Source: a virus (taxonomy: Duplodnaviria; Caudoviricetes). Taken from it: a DNA stretch of 26,112 bases. Shown here one piece after another: positions 9,801 to 19,900 of this stretch. The stretch is from the IMG/VR virus record IMGVR_UViG_3300043103_000219, positions 1 to 26,112 of that record; one strand, written 5' to 3'. Every line of letters starts with the position of its first letter. Positions within the stretch are counted from its first letter, which is position 1. The translations under genes and the position numbers were made by a program. The notes below the pieces were generated by a model. It did not search any database, was not told the origin of the DNA, and saw only the letters and a list, made by a program, of their open reading frames with translations.

Positions 9801-9827
9801 TTTTTTATTTACTTTTATTAAGCTTTA

Positions 9828-10586
9828 TTACTTTCTTGTTAGTAGTGTCAATCCTGTTGTTGTAACTTTTTTATCAAACATACGAAAATTATTTAACTTT
9901 ACCAAATTCCACTCCGTATTTAATTCCAAATCTTTTATAAATTGCGCAGGCCCATCAAATGGAATAAAATCTTTCTTAGCATTTTCAGTCACTAAAAACG
10001 TATCGTGATAAGATTGGTCGGTATCGTGTATTGTTATGATACCATTTTCAGACATAATAGATGAATATAATTCAAAATCTTTTTTAACACCATTATAAGA
10101 ATGGTCGCCATCTATGTGTAAGTAATCTATTTTCATATCTTGCCTTACAAAATAATCATAGAAAGCTCTTTCGGATGTTTCCAAAATAACTTGTGGGTCA
10201 AAATGTTGTCTTAAAAAGCTATTCTCTTCAGTCCAATCGGTAAATCCACCTACGCCATTAGCGGCATCAACTATTACAGTTGTTCCTATATCACCCCATT
10301 CTGCTGAATTATTTCCTTCAAATATTCCTTGCTCCCATAAATCTCTGCGAGCTTGTGTCATAAGACGTGGAATAAATCCTCCTCCCGAACCAATACAAAC
10401 GCAAGTTTTTGCTCTATTGAATAATATAAGTGAGTATATTATCATACCATCGCCCAAATGTAAATCAGTTGCACCATGTGTCCAACGATATTTAACTGGC
10501 TCCAATTTCATTTCACCCGTAGTAGAATCTATGGTGTGATTATTTGTTAAAAATTCTTGTATTAATTTTTGATTAAGTAATTGCAT
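9828..10586 (-). CDS. class I SAM-dependent methyltransferase (Methyltransf_24-like)
   Basis: VCIGSGGG motif I, IDYLHIDGDHSY, GIITIHD. Confidence 0.85.
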   Translation of the reverse strand: MQLLNQKLIQEFLTNNHTIDSTTGEMKLEPVKYRWTHGATDLHLGDGMIIYSLILFNRAKTCVCIGSGGGFIPRLMTQARRDLWEQGIFEGNNSAEWGDIGTTVIVDAANGVGGFTDWTEENSFLRQHFDPQVILETSERAFYDYFVRQDMKIDYLHIDGDHSYNGVKKDFELYSSIMSENGIITIHDTDQSYHDTFLVTENAKKDFIPFDGPAQFIKDLELNTEWNLVKLNNFRMFDKKVTTTGLTLLTRK

Positions 10587-11545
10587 ATTTCAGTAACCCA
10601 TTTTTGTTTGTTAGTATATTCTTTTAAACCATCCCTTAATTTACAAAACTCATAGTTTATAGTAGTGAAATCATCTTCTAATATTTCCATATAAGTTTCA
10701 TAAAATTCTTCTTTACTATTTGCTCTGTATTTATAATTTATTTGTTTCATCCAATCGGTATGTATTATTGGTATTTTACCATTATCGATTGCATCAAAAA
10801 TAGCATATCCAAATGGTTCTTTTGTATAACATCCGTGGAATATTTGAAAGTTACTTTTGAAAAACTTTTTATGAAATCGATAATCGAACTCCATAAATCT
10901 ATGATATTTAGGATTTGTATTCGATACCTCTAACATTCTTTTATAATCGTATTTATTTGAAAATATAATAGATGGAATATAATCTAAATAATGTGGATTT
11001 TTTCTCGTTTCACATCTAGCCGCATATCCAATTTTATCACTTATAATTCCCAAAAATGGAATGCTATTCTTCCATTCATAGTAATTTGCGATGTTAATAA
11101 CGTGTTGATAACTTTTATGAATACTATCATCTTCATACCCTATCCAAATTATATTATCGGAATTATCTAATATCTCTTTTTGCCATTCCCAATCTATTCG
11201 AGTCATTAGATTTTCATACTCATTGTTTAATCCCAACATATCGGGAATAAATGCATGAACAAAGGTTGTGTGAGTTTTGTGAAGATATTTTTTGATTATA
11301 GGATTAGATTTGTACGAATGATGTAGAAAAACTATCTTATCACATTCATTTAATATTGTATCTATCTCCTCATCATTTTGAAAAGTATAAATTGCATCTT
11401 TTTCTCGCAAAAAAGGTCTACTATCTACTACAATTTTATAATCTTCTGTAACTAATGGTACGATATTCTCCATAAAGTTATTACACCATATATCAGAACC
11501 TCCTACTATATTTTTTCCGTAACCCGTTGTTATAAATACTATCAT
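10562..11545 (-). CDS. GT-B fold (GT4-like) glycosyltransferase
   Basis: N-terminal GGSD loop, RCETRKN, and EPFGYAIFDAIDNGKIPI (variant of the EX7E motif). Confidence 0.7.
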   Translation of the reverse strand: MIVFITTGYGKNIVGGSDIWCNNFMENIVPLVTEDYKIVVDSRPFLREKDAIYTFQNDEEIDTILNECDKIVFLHHSYKSNPIIKKYLHKTHTTFVHAFIPDMLGLNNEYENLMTRIDWEWQKEILDNSDNIIWIGYEDDSIHKSYQHVINIANYYEWKNSIPFLGIISDKIGYAARCETRKNPHYLDYIPSIIFSNKYDYKRMLEVSNTNPKYHRFMEFDYRFHKKFFKSNFQIFHGCYTKEPFGYAIFDAIDNGKIPIIHTDWMKQINYKYRANSKEEFYETYMEILEDDFTTINYEFCKLRDGLKEYTNKQKWVTEICNYLIKN

Positions 11546-11550
11546 ATTTT

Positions 11551-13092
11551 TTAAGTAACTTCCCCCCCATTACAATATTGTGAACTAAGGAAAAATGAAC
11601 CATCCCATTGTCTAACTATACTTCCATCTGAATAAAATCCAGCCGATGCAATTGTACCCGAACTATCGCTATATAAATACGTTGCATATGACCAACTTTC
11701 ATTGGGTGGTATATAATATCCAAAATATCCACCGAATCCCTCACACGCATCGGTAGAATTATATCCACTAAATAACGATATTGGCGTAAGTGATGGGGTA
11801 TATAAACAATATGTAGAATTGGTTTCAACATCTACCCAAGTGAATCCACCATTCCCATCATAATATTTTTGTTGTTTAGTATATCCAACACATTGATATT
11901 CTTCCGGCGATACGGGCCCATATGCGGGAACTTGTGTAGGACAATTTGCCCTTGAACCAAATGGCTGTGCGGTTGTAGTACCACCATATCCTTTACCAAT
12001 TGGAACATATCTACCATTATATATAAGATATCCAATTACAACAGAAGTAGGATATGATGTAAAGTAACTGGAAATAAATGTACTGGCATTTTCAAACGTA
12101 GAATCTTGTGGCATTTCTACTGTTATATTGGTATATGATACGTCGCATCCACCATTAGTATTCGTTGGAGCAGTAGAGCCTTCTCTGAATCTTACTTCCA
12201 ATTCATTTGGAGCAGGTGGTAAATTAAATGTTATTGGGTTAAAACTAACCGAATTACCTCCATTATCTGCAAGATATACTATATACTCACCATTAGCTAA
12301 ATTTAAAGCATATCCATCGATTGCTCTTTGAGTTGCATCCGTACTCAAATACCAATAATACCCAGCTCCACTACCGCCGCTAGCATTTGTAACTCTAATA
12401 TAAGCTTCACCAGAATACGTTCCTCCCGATGTTACAGTAGCTGTTAATGATGGATAATTACAACTAATAGCATAACCATATTTATTCACAATATTTCCAG
12501 CACTATCTTGTATTTGTATCATCCAAGCGCCATTTGTCAATACTGCACCAGTTGAACCGGAATTGCCATATATCCAATTTGAATATGTGGAATCATCCGC
12601 AGATTCCAATTTATATCTAAATCGATATCCACTACCCGTTCCACCACTATACGATTGAACATTTATATAACCCTTTCCAGGAACGTTTGATTGACATCCA
12701 TAATTTGTAGTTGCATTTAAATTCAACGTACACGTTCCATTTGAATTTGCATATGCTTGTCCTTCGTTATTAAAATTACCATCTCCACTAGCTAACGAAT
12801 TTGCATTTGCTTGTGAGATATATGATGTATAGGTTTTTGTATATGTAGCAGTGCCAGCAACATATCCGCTACTACAATTGTTTCTAGTAAATGTACCACT
12901 TCGGTTGGCAGTCCAAAATTGAGATGCCTTACCTCTAAATTCTAACATTTGTAAATCATTAGAACCATCCGTTGTATATGAAACAGCGTAAGCTGTTCCT
13001 GCTGCGGCTAAATCTATTTGTGTACCGGAGGCGATACCCCTATCGGTATTAAATAAATTCATTGATATTTCGCCACTAGAAGGTATAGCCAT
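11551..13092 (-). CDS. putative tail-associated adhesin/receptor-binding protein with DUF5977-like and SprB-like modules
   Basis: MAIPSSGEISM start typical of proteins following tail fibres; SGTFTRNNC...YTSYISQANAN...GQAYANSNGTC (DUF5977-like); two SGG..GY...L.NG...D..GN repeats; rich in G/S/T/Y/C. Confidence 0.6.
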   Translation of the reverse strand: MAIPSSGEISMNLFNTDRGIASGTQIDLAAAGTAYAVSYTTDGSNDLQMLEFRGKASQFWTANRSGTFTRNNCSSGYVAGTATYTKTYTSYISQANANSLASGDGNFNNEGQAYANSNGTCTLNLNATTNYGCQSNVPGKGYINVQSYSGGTGSGYRFRYKLESADDSTYSNWIYGNSGSTGAVLTNGAWMIQIQDSAGNIVNKYGYAISCNYPSLTATVTSGGTYSGEAYIRVTNASGGSGAGYYWYLSTDATQRAIDGYALNLANGEYIVYLADNGGNSVSFNPITFNLPPAPNELEVRFREGSTAPTNTNGGCDVSYTNITVEMPQDSTFENASTFISSYFTSYPTSVVIGYLIYNGRYVPIGKGYGGTTTAQPFGSRANCPTQVPAYGPVSPEEYQCVGYTKQQKYYDGNGGFTWVDVETNSTYCLYTPSLTPISLFSGYNSTDACEGFGGYFGYYIPPNESWSYATYLYSDSSGTIASAGFYSDGSIVRQWDGSFFLSSQYCNGGEVT

Positions 13093-16000
13093 TATTTATT
13101 TTTTAATTCGTTTAATTCTTTTCTTAATTCTTTTATAGCCTCAACTAATAGTGGTACAATTTTTTCATATTGAACGGTTAAATAGTTTTTACCACTCTTT
13201 GATTCATTTGTATCAATATCTAAATCAAATGGAGCAAATTTTACAGCATCTGGTAAAACATTTTGCACTTCTTGTGCCAATAATCCGGTATCTGTCATAC
13301 TATCTGGCTTAAATCCTAAATTTAATATATCATCTTTCCATTTATAATGAACTCCATTTAATTTATCAACTTTATCTAATGGATTTTGAATTAATCTAAT
13401 GTTTTCTTTTAATCTCTTATCAGATGCATATGCGGTAATATTACCCGTTGCAGATAATGCTCCTCCAATTTTAACAAATGCTCCAGAGAATGAACTTCTA
13501 TCAATTCTAAAATATGTATCAGTTGCATTTACTACTTGAAACCCTTTATCTGTAATTTCAGTTGCTTCAACCGATGAAGCTATCGAAACATTTGATACTG
13601 TACTATTTTGACTATAAAATTGAGTAGTAGCAGTTGTACTACTATATAACGTTCTGTTCCAACATATTCTTGCATAATATGTACCAGCTACTGCTATTGA
13701 AAATGCTATACTATTAGTAGCTGCTTGTATTGAAAGTGTACCTTGTGAACTAATACCTCCACTACTAATAGTACCCGTTCCGATTATATTATTAAAATTT
13801 GAATCGGAAGCAACTTCCCATGCAACATTCATATATAAATAGCCAGACCACCCATTTGGTGTAGTAGCTAATCCACTAATAGCAGTCATTGAAATCGTAC
13901 CACTATATGTACCAGCTGCTGATACATTAAATGAAAATCCAGCTCCATCTCTTTTATTGGAACCTTGAAAAATCGCATCAGACCAAGATGTAGTATTATT
14001 ACTACCAAATGGTATGGTTATATTATTACCAGCCCCTAAATTTGTTAAATCACCGGCTCTAATTGTTAATTTTGGATTTCCGGATGTATCATTTACGGCA
14101 ATTAGAGGAGAGGGTGAAAACGTCAATCTACTGATATTATTTACATCTTTTGGAGAAGATAATTTATCAGCATTAATATCCCAACCTCCGATTTGTCCTG
14201 TTGTAAATACTGCGTTTTTACCGGTAAAATTTAATGCAGATATATGTGATGCATCTAATGTATTTGCTACAACTTTTCCTGTGGTAATTGAGTTATCATC
14301 TATATAAGTTGCATTAACTGTATCTCTAGTAGATAAATTACCTAATCCGGTTATTTTTGTATTGGGTACAGTTACGCCCGGCGATAGTGTTAACGATGTA
14401 GCAGTAATACCACCTTGAATAGCTAAATTTGTACCATCAAAAGTGAGCTTACTACCCAATGAAAATATATCAGTAGAACCGGATTTAAAATAAAATGGCG
14501 TATTGTTGTTATTATATGTACCCGTTCCAACATATATTGCTTTATTAGTACCATCCAATGTTATACCATTAGTACCCACTTTTAAAACATTTGAAATATA
14601 TCCATCAGCTCCTGCTATAACGGGAGATATTATACTATCATTACTAATTAATGTTCCACCCGTATATGTACCATTTGCTATATTATCCGCAATTGCTCTA
14701 GCATTTGTGTAAGCCGCCGATGCGGATAATGCTGCATTTGACCCGGCGATAGAGCCCGATGTAACCGCATTTGTTCCAACTTCGTTTGCATATGTTTGAG
14801 TTGCGGCGTTACCTCCTGTAACATTTATAGTACCATTTACCGATAGTAATGCACCATCCCACGCAAGTTTATCTTTTAATGAAAATTTACCCGTACTATC
14901 CATATAAACGGATGTACTACCACTATTATATGAACCCGTATCATTTACTCCACCAATGTATATTTTTCTAGTCGATGTTCTCGCATCTAATATAATAGGA
15001 GTAGTATCTCCTACTTGGAATTTTTGAGAAATATATCCCTGCTGTCCACCTATTGTTGGCGAATATATTACAGTATCTCCAATAAATGAACCACTATATT
15101 GTCCATCTGCTAATTGTTTAACTTTTGATAATGATGATGATAATATGAATGAATTTGAAGAACTTACCGAAGAACTTAACGAACTGATTGATGATGATAC
15201 TGAACCGCTTAAAGTTGTAATCGAACCACTAACACTACCACTCAATGTTATAATGGTGTCATCTGCTGAAGAACTATATACAGTCATCGTACCACTAATA
15301 GATGATGAAACTGCATTTAATTGTGCCAATGATGATGATGCGGATGAACTAATGTATATCAATGTTCCACCAATATTATCATTACCACCGGCAAATGTAG
15401 CACTAGCGGTTACCGCAACTGGAACGTAATTATTATTTACATCATAAAATTCAAATTTAAAATTATAGGTTTCATTACCAATTACAGTTGGCATAGATGT
15501 TATAAATGAAACCTCATCTGGTGAAAACGCAGTATCTTCTGATAATTTTAAAGATATGTTACCAATATGCCATTCACTTTGAGATTGAGATAGATATAAA
15601 CTTGCAGTTGGTTCGGATATTGGTAATCTAAATTGAAACTTACTATCTAATAAATTTTTAGTTGGTGATATTCCGTTTAAAGTACCAATCAATACCTCAC
15701 CATTATTAGAACCACTTACATAGATTCCCATATTACTAGCAACCGATGATGAATAAAATGCATCAATTCCTAATTCATATAAATTATCTTGTGATAGATT
15801 TAAAGATGATGAATATGTAAAATATCCATTTCCAAGTAACTTAACACCATTATCTACTCTACTTGATGTTAATTGAGTAGATAATTGTGGATATTTCCAT
15901 AATTTTTGTAAAACTTCCGATGTGAAGAAACCGGCTACGCTAATTACGCTACCGGATAATTCGTATGAAGTTAGTAACTCTTTGGATTCAACTAAAATAT

Positions 16001-16703
16001 CTTGTATTAAATCGTAATCGGAAATATCACCTTCGGATGTTCTATAAACTTTCACCCTTCTTACATCTCCGGCAAACGTATCTATATTAGAAACCGTTAC
16101 ATTTGCAAATGATTGACTTACTCCCGAATCTATCTTTATTCCATTTTCGATTCTATAAATAGATTCCAAAGTTTCAGTTATACTAACAGAAGGTCTTCTG
16201 TAAAATCTAACTTTTGTAGTATTTGCTAAGGTAGGATTTACATTGACCTTTTTTTGCCATTTTACATTATAAGTACCTTGCCACTCAAATGGTATAGGAC
16301 TTAATAATCCATTATCATCATAGTATTCACTTACCTCACCTAATATTGTAATAGTGCACGGACCATATGCAGTTGTATCTGGGTATATGTAAACTGCTAC
16401 AACCTTCGATACCCCTTCATAATATTCTACCGGAAATGATTCACCATTTATATTAGTTAGCAAATAACCTTCACCAGGTTCGTGATATATAATATTTCCT
16501 GCCGCATCTTTAATTTCTATTTTTATTAAAGTATCAGCTACCAATTCGTGTGAACCAGCTATTAAGAATGCGTTTTTACCACCCGTAAACGTATCAGATA
16601 ATTCAGTTATATTAAAATATCTACTATTTGGATTTGTATCTTGTACAAACGTATTGTATCTATCTAAGTTTTCTGCGAATAAAGTTTTCTTTGTTACAGC
16701 CAT
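13092..16703 (-). CDS. tail fibre protein with C-terminal intramolecular chaperone (Peptidase_S74)
   Basis: TAYA-SDKRLKENI, GLLAQEVQNVLPDAV, YLTVQYEKIVPLLVEAIKEL; G/S/T-rich shaft; 1203 aa. Confidence 0.88.
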   Translation of the reverse strand: MAVTKKTLFAENLDRYNTFVQDTNPNSRYFNITELSDTFTGGKNAFLIAGSHELVADTLIKIEIKDAAGNIIYHEPGEGYLLTNINGESFPVEYYEGVSKVVAVYIYPDTTAYGPCTITILGEVSEYYDDNGLLSPIPFEWQGTYNVKWQKKVNVNPTLANTTKVRFYRRPSVSITETLESIYRIENGIKIDSGVSQSFANVTVSNIDTFAGDVRRVKVYRTSEGDISDYDLIQDILVESKELLTSYELSGSVISVAGFFTSEVLQKLWKYPQLSTQLTSSRVDNGVKLLGNGYFTYSSSLNLSQDNLYELGIDAFYSSSVASNMGIYVSGSNNGEVLIGTLNGISPTKNLLDSKFQFRLPISEPTASLYLSQSQSEWHIGNISLKLSEDTAFSPDEVSFITSMPTVIGNETYNFKFEFYDVNNNYVPVAVTASATFAGGNDNIGGTLIYISSSASSSLAQLNAVSSSISGTMTVYSSSADDTIITLSGSVSGSITTLSGSVSSSISSLSSSVSSSNSFILSSSLSKVKQLADGQYSGSFIGDTVIYSPTIGGQQGYISQKFQVGDTTPIILDARTSTRKIYIGGVNDTGSYNSGSTSVYMDSTGKFSLKDKLAWDGALLSVNGTINVTGGNAATQTYANEVGTNAVTSGSIAGSNAALSASAAYTNARAIADNIANGTYTGGTLISNDSIISPVIAGADGYISNVLKVGTNGITLDGTNKAIYVGTGTYNNNNTPFYFKSGSTDIFSLGSKLTFDGTNLAIQGGITATSLTLSPGVTVPNTKITGLGNLSTRDTVNATYIDDNSITTGKVVANTLDASHISALNFTGKNAVFTTGQIGGWDINADKLSSPKDVNNISRLTFSPSPLIAVNDTSGNPKLTIRAGDLTNLGAGNNITIPFGSNNTTSWSDAIFQGSNKRDGAGFSFNVSAAGTYSGTISMTAISGLATTPNGWSGYLYMNVAWEVASDSNFNNIIGTGTISSGGISSQGTLSIQAATNSIAFSIAVAGTYYARICWNRTLYSSTTATTQFYSQNSTVSNVSIASSVEATEITDKGFQVVNATDTYFRIDRSSFSGAFVKIGGALSATGNITAYASDKRLKENIRLIQNPLDKVDKLNGVHYKWKDDILNLGFKPDSMTDTGLLAQEVQNVLPDAVKFAPFDLDIDTNESKSGKNYLTVQYEKIVPLLVEAIKELRKELNELKNK
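15150..15250 (-). repeat. 11-residue (33-nt) Ser-rich tandem repeat within the tail fibre
   Basis: TLSGSVSGSIT / TLSGSVSSSIS / SLSSSVSSSNS. Confidence 0.65.
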
Positions 16704-16720
16704 TTGTCAAATTTCTTTAT

Positions 16721-16728
16721 TATAAATA
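16721..16728 (-). promoter_or_regulatory. putative phage late-promoter motif TATTTATA upstream of the tail fibre
   Basis: 17 nt upstream of the ATG at 16703. The same motif precedes three other structural genes. Confidence 0.55.
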
Positions 16729-16751
16729 TTCACAAAAAATTATTTATCTCA

Positions 16752-16759
16752 TATTTATA
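16752..16759 (+). promoter_or_regulatory. TATTTATA motif upstream of the plus-strand RHH gene
   Basis: Same motif in the opposite orientation, matching the orientation of the downstream gene. Confidence 0.5.
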
Positions 16760-16760
16760 T

Positions 16761-16793
16761 AAAGAAAACTAATAAAAACTAAAGAAAACTAAA
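16761..16793 (+). repeat. three 10-bp direct repeats (AAAGAAAACT AATAAAAACT AAAGAAAACT), putative operator
   Basis: Directly visible between the motif at 16752 and the ATG at 16798. The period is about one helical turn. Confidence 0.6.
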
Positions 16794-16797
16794 TGTT

Positions 16798-16977
16798 ATG
16801 AAATACGCAATGTTACAAATAAAAAAAGAAACCCACGAACTTCTCAAAAATTATTGCGAAGAACATGGGTTTAAGATGGGGAGTTTAGTTGAAAATCTAA
16901 TTAAGAAACACGTTGGTGTAACTAAACCTCAAGCGGGTGTGTTAAGAGCTGATAAGGTTAAAAATCAATCTTACTAA
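16798..16977 (+). CDS. ribbon-helix-helix (CopG/Arc-like) DNA-binding protein
   Basis: Manual translation, 59 aa: MKYAMLQIKKETHELLKNYCEEHGFKMGSLVENLIKKHVGVTKPQAGVLRADKVKNQSY. Shows a beta strand, helix A, Gly turn, helix B pattern and fills an otherwise empty gap. Confidence 0.75.
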   Translation: MKYAMLQIKKETHELLKNYCEEHGFKMGSLVENLIKKHVGVTKPQAGVLRADKVKNQSY

Positions 16978-19900
16978 ACCCATCTATTTTCTTTATCTCT
17001 ATCAATCCATCTACGATATCTCTCATTTGTTCTAAGTGAGAAATCATCCAAATGAAATCGAATTGGGTTTTTAAATATTGCATCATCATAAATAAAGATG
17101 ATAAATTATTTGCATCCAATGTACCAAATCCTTCATCAATTACTAAGAAGTTTGGACGAGGTAAGTTACATATATTAATTAGAGCTACTCTGATAGCCAA
17201 TCCACTTACGAATTTCTCCATACCACTACACATTTCCAATGGCCATTCTTGGTCTTCGTAGACAATCTTTGCATTAATATTTTTGCCATCAATATCCATT
17301 ACAATTCCAAAATCAACAACTTGTCCTAAGATATTATTTATTTCATTTTCAATAACTGGCATTGCTTTTGAAATTAATTCATATGGAACACCATCACGCT
17401 TCACTGCATCTAAATAATAGGTGTATAGGCGATTCTTTTCTTCCAATTCCTTAACATCATTCATCTTACCTTTTATACCATCTATAAACGATTCTAATGA
17501 AGAAATAGAGCCATTCAATCCTGCGATATCTTTATTAATTGATTTGATTTCTAATTCTATTTCACCTTTAGTTTTATTTAATCCATTAATTACGGATTCT
17601 ATTTGTTTATTACGTTTAATAGTATCTTCATTATCGTGATATTTTTGGATATCAGCTTTAACTTGGTCTAATTGATTATCATATAATTGTTGTTGAGTTG
17701 TAAATCCATTTAATTCCGCAATTGTTTTTTCTTTAATTACAATTGCTTTCTGATATTTAGATTTTAATTCAACCAATTCATCCCATTGCTCATCTACATC
17801 TGCCAATTGTTTAGCCTGATTAATTAGGGAATTTAGTTTACCTTCCATCTCCTCCAAATCAGCCATTTGCTCTTCAACTTTCTTTTCAGTTTCCTTTGCA
17901 TCCTTTACGAATACATTGTTCATACAAAAGTTACAATTAGGGTCATATTCGTGCTGAGCCAAATGAGTAAGTTTTTCTCTATTTGTTTCCAACGATTGCT
18001 CTACCAATCCTATATATCTTTCGGTATTATTGATTGAACTTTTTAATTCATCCCATTCTTTTTTTGCTTCTTCAATGGGTTGTTGATTAATATATTTCTT
18101 TTCTTCTATTGATTGTGAGATTTCGGATATAGAATTGGTATATTCATCTAACTTTCCTTTTTTAATTTTCTCTTCGGAAAGTACATGTAGGATATCTCTA
18201 CCGATATCATTTCGTTTTTGCTCTAATTTTTCTAAATCCAAATTACCATCTACTGGCACCAACTCTTTTGTTAATCCTAATATTCTATCCGATAAATCAT
18301 TTACATCGATTGTTCTACTTTCTAATGTTTTTTCTAATCCTCGTAATTCCGATTTCTTCGTTTGCTTTTCCAAAGCCTTTTCGGCTAATTCAGATGTAAA
18401 ATCGGTTTTCTTAAAGTTTTTAATTAGAACTGCTACTTCTTTAATATCTTCGGTAGCAGTTTCGTATAATTTATCGAACACATTTAATCCCATAAATTGT
18501 GCTAATAAATCTTTTCTTTCACTTTGAGATTTATCAATGAATATTGAATTGTTACCTTGCAAAGATAACGCAGTCAATACGAAATCTTCATATTTACCAA
18601 CATATTGTTCAATTACGGCATTTGTATCTCTTCTTTCTGTACCATTTAATGATGTGGTAACTCCACCTTCTTCTTTCCAAAATTGAACATCTACTTTTAC
18701 ATTCTTACCCTTATTAATAGTTTTTGCAGTTCTTTTAATATAGAAATCCATTCCATTTACTTGGAAATGTAATTCACATTGAAAATCGGATTTACGATTA
18801 TTCATAATGTTTTGAGCTTTAAATGCTCTACTACTCTTATCGTATAAACAAAATGAAATGGCATCAAATAAAGATGATTTACCAGCCGCATTTGGAGCAA
18901 ATAATCCCATCAATCCTCCAATCTTTTGGAAATCAATTTTATTATCTTCACCATATGAAAACATATTACTAAATGTAAACTTAATTGGTTTCCAATGAAT
19001 ATTTCTATGGATTTCTTCTTGTGTTATTCTACTATTAATATCTCTATTAATAACTTCTAAAGCATCTAAATCGGTAGCGGTTGTAAATGGCATCATTCTC
19101 TGAACGTAATCACGTACCAATGTATTTTGATGGTTGATATCGGTTACATCTTCAAAATCTAATTTACTTAATCTATTTCCCGTTTTTTGTTTATTAAATG
19201 AGTCGGTTCTGATAATTGTGAAATCTTCAACACCATATCTCATTTTAATTTCGGTAATTACCTTTTTTGTATCAGCCGTATCCGTATTCGATAAACGAAC
19301 TCTTAAACGAGGCTTCTTTGGCATATCCGTTACAATTGGAACTACACCATTATCAATATCCAATGTATAATATCCATATTCATTTGGAATATCAATTGCT
19401 TCATATTTCATAGAATCCAAATCCCAAACCAAAAATCCATGTCCATTTAAACTTTCACCAAAGTTTTGTTGAACCAATGAACCCGCATAAACTACTTTAC
19501 ATCCGCTTGGAGAAATCATAGTTTGTCTTTTATGGATATCACCCAATAGGGCTAAATCGTATCCATCAAACATATCGGTTGTGAAATGACGAGATGAAAC
19601 TACATATCCAATATCGGTAGTTGAATTATCAACTGGTCCGTGGAATAGAGCAATTTTCTTATTACCGAATAACGTATTACCTTTAGGCCAATTTTCTTTA
19701 TTATCAAAAATACTGAATACACCAAAATCCACATCACCTACGGAATAGACCTGCGTATCTTTCAAATATGTAAAATTGGGTAAATTTAATGCATCAACGA
19801 TTGGTGTAAGAACATCCAATCTATCGGAATTATTCATATTACAATCGTGATTACCTGTAATAAGAATGGTTTCACAATGTTTAGAACATTCCGTAAATAG

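Noticed and set aside
1-11545. Bacterial capsule/O-antigen locus
   Set aside because: It lacks wzx/wzy/ABC export and sugar-nucleotide genes and is contiguous with phage tail genes.
6702-12035. Alternative-frame minus ORFs 6702-6971, 11616-11831 and 11832-12035
   Set aside because: They are nested in well-supported genes, with no sign of frameshifting or of protein-like motifs.
11551-13430. Diversity-generating retroelement acting on the adhesin or tail fibre
   Set aside because: No reverse transcriptase or template/variable repeat pair is visible in this window. It cannot be excluded elsewhere in the genome.
16761-16793. CRISPR-like array
   Set aside because: The units are contiguous 10-mers with no spacers. 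I saw no CRISPR array, tRNA or rRNA in the window.
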